A stretch of DNA of 62,574 nucleotides, the filler included, from Nemertoderma westbladi (taxonomy: Eukaryota > Animalia > Xenacoelomorpha): the NCBI GenBank assembly GCA_032718475.1. It is 3 parts of 3 records of this genome, joined end to end, with 100 filler letters (N's around TTAATTAATTAA, not from the genome) between each part and the next. Parts side by side here need not be neighbours in the genome. Positions count along the whole stretch, not along the records: positions 24,356 to 46,170 come from JAUCBJ010003892.1; 2 more parts are not named here. One strand, written 5' to 3'. The notes below the pieces were generated by a model. The model was not told where the DNA came from, did no database searches, and worked only from the letters and a program-made list of their open reading frames with translations. Position 1 is the stretch's first letter. Every line of letters begins with the position of its first letter. Positions 24,452 through 36,712 of this stretch are shown one piece after another. The translations under genes and the position numbers were made by a program.

Positions 24452-25909
24452 CTTTCTCCATAAATCGATTTTCCGCCGGTTCCATCGCCTCTAGTAAAGT
24501 CGCCTCCTTGGCACATAAACTTGGGAATGACTCTGTGAAAGGATGAACCTTTATAACCAAAGCCAACCTCCCCGGTACACAACTGTCGGAAGTTGTCAGC
24601 TGTCTTCGGCACAACGTTATTGGCCAGCTGAAATCAGATACATTACTCATATTAGTCAACAAGTTAGTACACGTTCGTGGGGACTTCGCGCAGCACGTAG
24701 TCGGCAGGCCTTGGCATACGGTTCATATAGAGCAAATGGGTCATGTCTAGTTTGAACCCCATATCCCATGCTATAAATGTATTCATTCGATATACAATCA
24801 TATGTTAATCCGCTAGGTGGTGTCAAATTGTTATTCTGCAATTTCGTACTTACCAGTGCAGCACTGTACAGCAGTACCGTACCGGTAGGCCTATGTCATT
24901 ACTTCTGAGTCTCTAGCGGATCCCCAATTAAATGTCTTAACTATTCAATTTCGTAAAAGATAGACTTCATGATTCTCTACAGGCCACCAAAATTTCAGCT
25001 CAGGAAAATGAGGCCTTCCCGAGAAATTTAACATTTTCTAAAAACCACATAATCTGTCGTAGCTGACGTCAGACTGCATGATTTTTCACCAAACTTTACA
25101 AACTTTCTACACTTTCTCTCTACTACTTACCTACTAAGTTTGGTTCAATTCCGAACCAGCGATGCCGAGATATTCGCGTTCAAACATTTACCAGACAGAC
25201 AGACAGACGGACATGCCCCATTTGCCCTATATGAACCGTATGCCAAGGCTCGCCGACTACGTGTCTCGCCCCACAGTACAAGTGTACATAATTCATCCCT
25301 CCCCAGTGGAATCTCAACGCAAATAATAGTTTTTTTAAAATTTTTTTTTAATTAAACTGAAAAATGTGCTATTGACTTTATCGCAGAGATATGGGAATTG
25401 GGCATTCGAAAGTTACATGGTTGTCAATATGCACGCAACTTTCTAATAACCATATCTCAGCTATTTTTCAACAAAACTAAAATTATTGAATTCTTGCATA
25501 CATTCTTATTCTTGTAACTAAAGAATGAAAGCGAAAATACATATTCAGACACTGACTAAGGAGTATGGAGATGAAACAATATCAGTTTCAAATATGATGA
25601 TGACGCAATCTCATTATTACGACAAATGTATTAAATTTTTTTTTTTTTTTGGGGGGGGGGGGGGTGGGGGGGTCACTCAAAATTACGATACCCCAGGACT
25701 ACGGGGTACAGGACGTGGTGTAATATGTATACAAATAGGCCTAATCAATAATCACACACAACATCTGAACTTACCTCCATTACAATTCTTCCCAAGTCTT
25801 TGGATCCATTTTAACCTTTGGCGGTAATATCAAAGTAACATTTAACTTTCTTAGCTTCTTCTGCAGTACAATAGGTTCTGTGCAAAAGTCCTCTTATGGA
25901 AATCATCAT
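24452..25909 (-). pseudogene. Cyclophilin duplicate (exons 1-2 visible) with premature stop
   Basis: Exons 25775-25909 and 24452-24627 are near-identical to the intact copy. Codon 33 is TAA (25811-25813) instead of AAA. The rest runs into the gap. Confidence 0.85.
24666..25290 (+). mobile_element. 625-bp non-autonomous element (Helentron/DINE-1-like or MITE) in intron 1 of the cyclophilin pseudo-copy
   Basis: Absent from the paralogous intron (CAAGTT|ATTCATC near 29736). It has a ~55-bp subterminal inverted repeat, an (ACAG)n microsatellite and no clear long TSD. Confidence 0.8.
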
Positions 25910-26028
25910 CAAAATATACAAAAGAGCTACAGATAGCTATGTGCGATTACCCCATACACCGTACTGCGGAAACATGTAGGTTATTGATGCTTATGCGTAG
26001 TGTTAATCAGTACAGTCAGACAGTAGTC

Positions 26029-26802
26029 CTATCCTCTACCTATAATATATACCGGTACCGCTACAGAGTTAAATACATTAAAACAATGCATGCAGTTGAC
26101 TCTTTTTAGAACATATCGATAACAGATGTAGATGCCGCTAGTGGTGGAGGAGGCAGCAGCAATCCTATAGTCAGTGCCGCCAGAATTGGGTGACATTAGT
26201 TTCGGTTCGGGTGATCTTCCGCCAAATATCCAGTGAACCTTGGATGCTAAACGAGAATAAAGTTGTTCATTTACAAGTTAGAAAAGGTTACCTAATAAAG
26301 AAAGTGCAAAAAAAATTAACTTATAAGTAAATTTATTCAAACATTAGGCCCTACTTGACGCCGTACGTACCGATGCCGTTACAAATAATATGCACATTAT
26401 AAATAGGACACATCCCTCAAAACAGGAATTCATTCAATATATATATAGCGGCCAGGACACAAACATTACCGAGGGCCCCTATTTTGGCTAACTCGTTCGA
26501 ACGACTTATTAACAAAACTCAGGAAAACAAACTTGATTGGGTGATTGTTGGTATACAAACTATTCCAGCCAATTACATTTGTTGATATTAAAATAAACAT
26601 ACTTACTGCTTGTAAGTCGACATGGCAGCACGATTTCGTCACCTGGTGTGGCGATTAATTGGTGGTCTGTAGAATGGAACATTGTGACGTAACAAGATGA
26701 TCTCTTCTCGGTGTCCAACATGAGGCCGGAGACCACTGCGTTAGCAGATTCCGATAGACCATGGGAAGGAAACCACAACACACAAAGAAACACCGGAAAC
26801 AT
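26029..26802 (-). CDS. Signal-peptide + Ig-like domain gene, first two exons, truncated at the duplication junction
   Basis: Exon 26607-26802 (MFPVFLCVLWFPSHGLS...GDEIVLPCRLTS, GTAAGT donor, phase 1) splices in frame at 26246 to SKVHWIFGG...SGIYIC, giving the Ig C-W-YxC pattern. Confidence 0.65.
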
Positions 26803-27418
26803 CTGGCCGATACACGGAACTTTACAACATTCTAGAACTTTCCAGTAATATATATATATTGGGAATATTCATGTCCAATAGTTGTATTCTTTGATGCTCT
26901 ATTAGTTAATGAGGCAGTTCCGCCGTGGCTACATTTCTGTTTTTTCTGGTACTTTCATACTATTATAGCTAGTTTTTTTAATTTTCTTTACAAATGTTCT
27001 AGAACATGTTATCGATTTACAAAATATATTTGTTCTAGAAAAATTTATGTTAATATATTCAACTCATTTGATCTGTAAATAGTTGCTAGGTTGCTCAATA
27101 ATTGGAGCCCATATACTGTAGGACCGGAACGGGTTTCACTTTAGTCTCAGTGAATAAACCATGAATGTACATTAGACCCACAAAAAATAAAAGTACCTCC
27201 GTGTTAATCTTCTAGGTATTCAAACTCAAAACACCGGGAAATATTTAATATTAAATAGTAATATTAAATATAAGAATAAGAATTAAAATAAAATAAGATG
27301 TGCACATTATTATTATATATTTGTGTCATTGTATATTTCTATACAGACAGTAGTAGCACAACGGAAAATTTATTACCTAAATTGCATTATAAATTGCATA
27401 TATGCACACAAAAATGCA

Positions 27419-30395
27419 CTAAATTTGTCCACAGTCTGTAATGACTATATCCTCAGATGTTTTGCCGCTATCACTTCCGTATGTCTCAATGTCTTTGACG
27501 ACAGACATTCCTTCAACTACCTCACCGAAGACAACGTGTTTTCCATCCAACCTGCACAAATAACAAAGAAGACCATAAACTTGATGGTAATGAACTTTTT
27601 GTGACAGTAATTAATTCACTATACCACAACATGAGATGGGTACATGAACTATTCATACAGTAGATCGGATACCATCTAATCCTTGCAAATATACACGTCC
27701 TTTTATTTTATAAGAACAGTTTATGAGAAAATAAGAACTTAAAGAAACTATAAATTATCAGATACTATCATTATAATAAAAATATAATATCAAAATTAAT
27801 TGATTGCAATTGTGACTTAAAATAGTTAATTGTAAGATTAATTATAGTATTACCAGTTAATAAGTCATTATGTGCTCTTTTCATTTTAGTACAATTTAAT
27901 TAAGCCTGAAATTTCCTGATAATTTCAGAACACGAGGGTGGACAGAATTTTACTGGTTCTCATAAACGTAAAAGAATGTATGTTCTGTACGTCATATCAT
28001 GACAGTTTTAATCTCGATCAGAAATTAAAATCAATAACATACTAACCAGGGTGTAGCTATTGTGCACAGGAAGAACTGACTGCCGTTAGTGTGGGGCCCA
28101 GCATTAGCCATGGAGAGTACACCTGGTCCGTTATGTTTCAGTTTAAAATTCTCGTCGCGGAATCTATGCAAATAAACATTATTATTGTTTAAGTACCGCA
28201 AATAGTTCCTACTGCCTCACACTCTGGAACCTGGATGGTTACTATTTCATTTTTGCTCGAAAATTACTAAGATTACCCCACACCTTACTCCCCCCCCCAA
28301 TCCCCCCCCCCCCCCCCCTACCCAGACACATCTCTGAAATAAGGCGCTATTGAAATAATCTCCTTTGTTCTCCAACGGATTAATTAACTGTTAGTTACGT
28401 CATTCTTCAAAGATAACAGAGTTATAAAGACATCCAAGACAAAAGACACGTGCACTAAAACTAATAGCCTAATGTCTTGTTATCATCAAAGGATAAGGAG
28501 TAATAAATTACATCCTCACTTAGCATAGAAACCATTTAAGATAATATCCTTTGATGATAATACGAGTAAGGCGACGTTCACACAGCCCGGGCGTTTGCCA
28601 CGGTCAGCTTAAAAAGTTCAAGCTAGTTTCAATCTGGCTATAAGCAAGTTTGGCAATCAGCATCTAAAGGTGCATAAAAGTGAAAACAACCCACCAAAGT
28701 ACGAGATTTTGTTAAAATTCTTGCAATCGTAGCAAAGATCAAAGTTAACTTAACCTGCGTCATTGTGTGCGCAGGGTGAGACTCCGTTTTTTGCGCAGGG
28801 TACACAATATTGCCTATGATGCTTAAGCAATTAGGTACAACTTGGCGACATCTCATTACCAAGACCATGCATCACCCTGCAGAGACGCCGTATGAAGCTT
28901 GTTGGGCACTTGTCTTTGGTTTTTCTAAACTTGGGAATATTGTCAGAGCTGTTTTGAGGTTGAAATCGGTGAAAACTGATATTACAAAATGAAGATCCTT
29001 CTATCAAAGTACACAAGCAAAAAAGCAAACAGTCGGCCGAAACCGGAGGCGACCCGAAGGCTCCTCTTTCGATAGCTGCTACCCGAGGGTAGGGGTGGGC
29101 GCTACTCCTATCCCAAAAGTACACAAACAGATATATTTTTTTATATTTCTGACGTGAACAATAATTTATAAGACATTTTCAATAATTTCTTTGGCATATT
29201 TAAGTCATATATCGTTTCGATAAAGCCGGGCATCGCGCCATGATAGAGATCCAATACATCATCACCTAATTGACAGTTTGTGGTTTCAAATTTAAAACAT
29301 TTAACGCGAATTTTTTATGTTTTTCAATTAAATAATTAATTAATACCATATAATTCAACAAAATTTAAAAACATTGGACACGGATAAAATAAATAGAAGT
29401 TCTAAATATTTACTTAAATATTTGTATTAAAAATTCCAATGCGTCTTATTGCTGTACCGAACTGTAATATATAATATCACTGTACTATTACTGTATTATG
29501 GCATGGAAGCTTGAAAAATAACCTTTCTCCATAAATCGATTTTCCGCCGGTTCCATCGCCTCTAGTAAAGTCGCCTCCTTGGCACATAAACTTGGGAATG
29601 ACTCTGTGAAAGGATGAACCTTTATAACCAAAGCCAACCTCCCCGGTACACAACTGTCGGAAGTTGTCAGCTGTCTTCGGCACAACGTTATTGGCCAGCT
29701 GAAATCAGATACATTACTCATATTAGTCAACAAGTTATTCATCCCTCCCCAGTGGAATCTCAACGCAAATAATAGTTTTTATTTTTTAAAGTTTTTTTTT
29801 AAATAAACTGAAAAATGTGCTATTGACTTTATCGCAGAGATATGGGAATTGGGCATTCGAAAGTTACATGGTTGTCAATATGCACGCAACTTTCGAATAA
29901 CCATATCTAAGCTATTTTTCAACAAAACTAAAATTATTGAATTATTGCATGCATTCTTGTAACTAAAGAATGAAAGCGAAAATACATATTCTGACACTGA
30001 CTAAGGAGTATGGAGATGAAACAATATCAGTTTCAAATATGATGATGACGCAATCTCATCATTACGACAAATGTATTAAGATTTGTAAAAAAACTTTTTT
30101 TTTTTTAATTTTTTTTTTTTGGGGGGGGGGGGGGGGGGTCACTCAAAATTACGATACCCCAGGACTACGGGGTACAGGACGTGGTGTAATATGTATACAA
30201 ATTGCAAATAGGCCTAATCAATCACACACAACATTCTTCTTCTTTCACTTCTGAACTTACCTCCATTACAATTCTTCCCAAGTCTTTGGATCCATTTTTA
30301 CCTTTGGCGGTAATATCAAAGTAACATTTGACTTTCTTAGCTTCTTCTGCAGTACAATAGGTTCTGCGCAAAAGTCCTCTTATGGAAATCATCAT
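27419..30395 (-). CDS. PPIF: Cyclophilin-type peptidyl-prolyl isomerase, 186 aa, probable mitochondrial (CypD-like)
   Basis: Exons 30261-30395, 29523-29698, 28047-28163 and 27419-27551 join in frame: [60 protein letters not shown]-terminal [14 protein letters not shown] looks like a presequence. PPIF versus PPIA is an inference. Confidence 0.9.
29017..29115 (-). mobile_element. 5'-truncated copy of the SINE at 7094 (tail only), in cyclophilin intron 2
   Basis: Near-identical to 7095-7190; 11-bp TSD AAAGTACACAA at 29006-29016 and 29116-29126. Confidence 0.88.
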
Positions 30396-30527
30396 CAAAA
30401 TATACAAAAGAGCTACAGATAGCTATGTGCGATTACCCCATACACCGTACTGCGGAAACAGGTAGGTTATTGATGCTTATGCGTAGTGTTAATTAGTACA
30501 GTCAGACAGTAGTCCTATCCTCTACCT

Positions 30528-31880
30528 GTGTAGAGGATGTGTAGACTTCTCCTCGATTACTATGGACGGAGCATTATCTAAAATTCGGCTCAAGAGTGGA
30601 CAGAGAGAGCATATGCATGGGGAACGGGGTGAAACAGGGTTCCCTGATATCTCCTCTTCTCTTTAACTTCTTTACAAAGAACGCATTCTCCTTTATGAAT
30701 ACCATTGGAATGGGGCACAAAGTCTATACCACAAACATGGGGTGCTCTTCTTTTGCTGACGACATACTACTGATGGGAGGATCCGCAGCTTCCATACAAC
30801 ACTTGGCTAATGTCATATGCGACGAGCTAAAGAAAATCAATCTCTCAATTGACCCCAAAAAGATATTCTGGATTGCATGCCATGAACATGAATCTAACAA
30901 TATACCAAACTTCCTCCACATTAACAATGTCATATACAGCCAATCTAAACACATCACCTATCTTGGAGTCGCCATCAACAAGGAGCCATCCCATCTCTCA
31001 GACATCATTCAAACAATCAACAAATATTCAGGTATCTTTCATAGTAAAGGCTGGACAACGCGCCATTTCCCGTTGGAAATAGTCGCACTTCTCTGGAAAA
31101 CTCTGGCTCTTCCGGCAATCATATATCGGATCGTGTATTCGATTGGAAGCTTTAGTGAAACTAAACTGGATCACATCGAAACGGCGTATAGAGTCAGCCT
31201 TAGGAGTATTCTACACGTGGGATGCTACATCAGCAACGACACGCTTTATTATGCCATGGGTCTGAGGCCCTTAATTTTAGATGCATACAGGGAATGTACC
31301 AGCAAGCTGTTTCGTATCGCGCAGATACCGCACCCGAAACTCGCATGCTCCCTAAAAATAGCATTACTCAGGAATTACATTCGTGGGAACAAGTACAGTG
31401 GCCTTGGTCACCTTTACGAGTCTGCTAGTTCACACTACAGCCTACCGGAACTACCATCCTTACTGTTTCATCGATACTCTACCAAGAGCATTCTATCTAG
31501 ACTGGTGCGCTTGACCCCATCCCGTCAAAGCATCCTGGATGCAAACTTCCTACACGAGTGCTATGGTACCTGGGGGCGTACATTCAGCCAAAAGCACAAT
31601 ACTATTTTAAACTACTTCTCAATCGAACCTGACTTGCCTCATTTCACGGCGAACTGACCCAGCCACTACCGCCGTGTAGGCGGTTCACATTATAATATGT
31701 TGTACATTACAAACATTCGACATGTGTTGTTTTCTTTTAGTGCCTTGTACATAACTACATTTACTCGATATTTTACACGATTTTATTCAGGTACTCGTTC
31801 AACCTTTTATTTACTTGTGAAGTGCAATCTTACCATTTTAGTGCAATATCATTTTATATGAATTAATAATAATGAATGAA
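30528..31880 (+). mobile_element. Young 5'-truncated non-LTR retrotransposon (RT C-terminal half, open frame 30596-31657)
   Basis: GVKQGSLISPLLFN, FADDILL and TYLGV motifs; AAT/GAAT tail; TSD TACCT at 30523-30527 and 31881-31885; empty site in the paralog near 26037-26041. Confidence 0.9.
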
Positions 31881-34800
31881 TACCTATAATATATACCGGT
31901 ACCGCTACAGAGTTAAATACATTAAAACAATGCAGTACGCCGAGCGCCTCCCGCCTATGCATAAACATCCGTATATCTATTTGTCTGTTTGTAGCGTGTG
32001 CCACCCTGCTCCATACATCCATAGTCCGGGAAATTCGAATGATTGAAAGACACGTAGTTTTTAACTGGAAAGGGTGGCAGATGAGATCTGCCACCTATAT
32101 TTTGGCGGTAAAATTCAAATCTGTTTTATCATTGAATTCATGAATAGAGTACCGCTACCTAAGAAGTTTGTGGTGTTTTTACTTTTTTGTCCGTTTTCCG
32201 ATTTTGGTTCCAGGGAACCGCTATCTCTATAAGTATACTGCTGTACTCTTAGGCCATCAGTACCTATTGTATTTGATGGTACTATATCAGTACTGTAAAA
32301 CAGTCTATTTTATTTATACAGTATGAAAAACCTACTGACCTATAAACTACTGTAGAAAAAATTATACAGCAGTACTGCGATACGGGCTCTATCTTGTTTG
32401 GGGATCTATCGCCCGCCAGGCTCTTCAGAGTTCCGATACCGGTAGGCCGATACATCTGACTTTTGATTCTCCATTAAATTTGGGTTTCTATTCTAAAACA
32501 TTCAGATATTCCTAACTCTCGTTTATTGTTTCGGTTAGTTTCAACTTGCCTCCAGCTCCAGTAAACCTACCTGCCTGCCTTAAAACTAACCTGCCTAGTG
32601 CCTAGGGCCTAGAGGGGGTTTTGGAGGCCCCCCAACAGGTGACAGGATAATCCCGCGATACGTACAACGTACCGGTATTATATTATGATATGTATGACAG
32701 TATGACATGTAATGTCGTAAAATTATGATCTAAGTTGTAGTATAAATTTTCAATTGCATTCTGTAATCAGCTCCTTTCCTTCAATAGGCAGATGGGTACC
32801 TAACGATATCGTACAGTATATTATTGCTTTGGTCTAGAAAAGCCCGCCTTTGTAACCAGCTCCTTTCATGTATTGTTAACAAATTTATTGTTCTGTTGTT
32901 TTGGTTAAAAAGCCTGGTTCTGTAACCTGTTCCTTTCCCGCAATTGGTATCGGGGTCGTTTATTGTTTTGGTTAAAAAAAACCCGCATCTGTAAAAGCTT
33001 TTCATCAATTGGCATTGACGGACTACAGCAACGGTACCGGTACATATACTGTCAGACTGTATCCTGTAATATCAGAATATGGGTAATTATTTTGACACTA
33101 TGACGCCTACTGACTGACCTAGCTCCTTTCATATGACACAGTCTGACAGTGCAAAACTACAGTTGCAGTTGTACGTACACTGTACATTCATGTAGGCAGT
33201 GTGTACAATACTGCAATACACTGCTGCACTGTACAGTTGTAATGGAAAGATGACAATTTGAATTAACCGCCATAAATATATCAATTCACTGCGTCTTTCT
33301 ATCATTTAAATTTCCCGGGCTATGGAGCAGGGTGGCACCTTTTAGGGACTTGTGTAGGCAGGTAGGTAGGCTAACTGCCAAAGGCGTGGGGGGGGGGGGG
33401 GGGGGGGGGGTAGGACACAATAAAAATGCATCCCTCTCCATAGGGGAAATTGGACGGAAATAACAGCTGATTACTCTCAAAAATAAAACTGTAACCTGTT
33501 CTATTGTGTTTAGTTTATTATTTTGGTTAAAATAACATGTCACTGCCACTGTACTGTAACCTGCTGCTTTCCCTAAATTGAGAATTTAACATTGAGGCGG
33601 GATTTGAATTCGCCAAGGTGGGATTTGCGTCCAGCCCCCCCCCCCCCCCCCCCCCTGTCTCGTTATTCGATGTAAAAAGCATCGCACTGCACATACACAC
33701 ATTTTCAAATCATACACTTCATCTACTGCGGATGTATATCTACTATATACCTATAAAAGGCAAATCTCTCTCTCTGTTGTGCTCGAACTCCTGCATAACG
33801 GGCGAAGTGTTTGAGCTGGGACTTGGCATGTGTGTTTAACTTTAACAACTTTAACCTAAACAATAAACTAATTAGTTTACTGTATGTACAGAGGTTATAA
33901 TAAAGAAATAAGCGTTATAAACGAATTAATAAGGATTGATTATATATTCTTCAAATAAATCATAAATGGTGAATGAAAATCATGAATTGAAGTGCTTAAA
34001 TAATTTATTAAACGAAATAGGCCTAATTAAAAATTTTATATCAACATGAAGCAATGATAATAATAGTATTTACCATATTACAGCCTGTATTACTATTATC
34101 ATGTCCGAGATCGCATGACCTACAGTTCTGAACAGTATTAGCAATTTACTCATAAGAAGCAATGAACACACTTTGGATTCAGTGCAGAAAATTGGAAGTT
34201 ATATTTTGGTAGTGAAACGCATATCTCACATACGTAGACGCATCTATATTGGGTTCCGGCGACTGAAACGTAGAATATCTCGATAAATAATCACTCTGCT
34301 TCCATTTTGAAGGTGGCTACCCCCACTATGTCGATCGTTGTGGTTCGTATGGTATAAAATCTTTGCAATAGGAGTAACAGAAGATGGTAATAACCAAAAT
34401 GCCTGATATGGGGTAGTCGCGATAAGTGTCGATTGAATGCAAAAATGTTCCACTAGTTCCACTCAATTTAAAGCAAAATTATTTTGAACACACAATATTT
34501 CATACATTTTTGCATTTTTTATAGCTGAGCCGAGTTGAAAAACTAAATATTTTTTGGGGCACCCTAGTGTGCAACTCCCCATGGAAAAATAATTATACTG
34601 TAACAATATATTATTGTTGTCTTATTGTACTGTAGTGTTAGTATTGGATGGGAGGTAAGCCCTTTCCATGTACAGTACAAACACGCCAGCAGCTAACTTA
34701 TAGAATCAACTCACCTTTTCCACCTCAGCTTCACCCCATGTTACATAAATACCTGTTCTGGAATGAATAATATTAATGTTGTTGGCTCAGTTGACTTCCA

Positions 34801-36712
34801 TTAAGACCCTTCCTATTTTGTCAATCTCTCAGTCAATGGCATCTACCTAACATAACATTGTGCACTACACGTAGTCAGTAGGCACACATAGGAACATCAT
34901 ACTGTAGTACACTTACCGGTATTGTGTATCAGCTGAAGCTATACTCCCCCAACATATTAATTATAATTTAAGATCTTGTGATGGAGTATTGCAATTGGCA
35001 TAAGGTCAATTCCATAAGAAACGGGCAAAAAAGCTAAAAAATAAAATGCATAATTTGTTATCACTGAATACACTTTCTGAATATTATATTTAAAAGTCAG
35101 CACTAGGGCCGTTTGTACAGATTTAGTCTTACTAACATTTCACAAACGTCCGACACTTTTTTTCACAATTTTCTTTCTATTTACACGGCCAATCAAATAG
35201 AGTTGGTTTTGTGGAAGTTATTGTAGTCTTCCGCTATAGGTTGTTGCTCTTGGCAACAGTCATGTACTGTTCGCGCTTTTAGACCTTTAGCAGTTTAACC
35301 TGCCAATTTTAATTGTCTTTTGTATATCAATTATTTAATGTACTGAAGTTACATCAGCCGAAGCCAGCCTGTGCGCGACCATTCACCAACAGTTAAGGGA
35401 GACTGGATTCGGATGCTTTGATAGTGATTGCAGTGTAGACCTACTGTAAATTCGATTGATCGTCAATATACAGTCGGGGTCTCAAAGTGCATCTGTTCTT
35501 TGAGATTTTCTCAAAGTTTTTCTAAAAGTGTCTAAAAGTCATAACATTACTCCCAACGGCCGCTTTGAATTCTTGTAGACACTTTTAGTTGGGAATCTCA
35601 AAGTGATTTCCTGCTTTTAGGCACTTTGAATTCTTTTAATTCTTTGAGAAATGTCACTTTGAGGTAGTTTGCGGCACTTTTAATTCTTTGAGAAAATAAA
35701 CTCCTAGGTATTCCTGATTGACAGCTCGTGGTAAGTTAACTGAGAGGCAGAGGCATTCTCGGGGAACAATATTATGCGGGCAACAAAGTGATACTTGTGT
35801 GTTGGCCAGTTGTTGCATAGAAGCTATATTCCCACTAATTTATCAAATTGAGGTTCCTGAGGTCATTACGGGATGGGTTTTCGGTCGCAAGTACAAATTG
35901 AATTTACGGCACCCTAAAGTCTTTCTAAAAAACATTCATTCAAATAATACATGAAACATAATTTGTGAAACAAGATTAATGCTTGACAAGATTGATTATT
36001 TTAATAACATAATACAATATCAGATTAACAATTAATATAAGAGAAACTTCTCTGTAGTTTCTCTGTGTATACGCAGTTTCATTATAATGACCTAAAGAAG
36101 CCCTGTTGGGAGAAAGCTTGTAATAACATTTGTTATTCATTTCATTTGTCACCTCAGGTCAAACCGTACTACCTTTACTGTTTAATTAATATGATAACTA
36201 TGTTGACGAGAGCGCGAGAATTCCTTCTTAAAAACTAAGAAAGGCTTTCGACTTTCAAGTACGATAGAACGGCTACAATCTTGTGTTGTTTTAGCTTAAT
36301 AGAGATATTAAAATATCCCCTGCCGCTGGCGTTTATATCTGAGCATATTTTAAATGTTTGCCTCATATTCAATTGCAATTGATGTGTACCGCCTTCTGGC
36401 AAAGCGGCACCCAGTTTAAACTATCAATCACAGCTAGTGAGTAGCGACCCACGGACGGCGACCTTCAAACAAACAGGTGCAGAGTCGGAAAGAACTGTCA
36501 CATGCTTTGTTTGGATTGTGGTACCATTTGATTACAACATAATAGATTTTGGCAGACTGGGCGGTCGCTCTGACCATATGCATTGCGCACCAACAATGCC
36601 TAAAACATCTATGGGAACAGCCAATTAGTGCGCTTCAATCATTTATCTTTATTCCTGCCTCTATCGTTATTCTTTACTTTGTATAACACAATTTACAGTG
36701 CGGCGAAGTATG

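Noticed and set aside
25525-25827. Duplicated plus-strand ORFs (also 29970-30254)
   Set aside because: Antisense to cyclophilin intron 1 and exon 1, they run through homopolymers and diverge in frame between copies.
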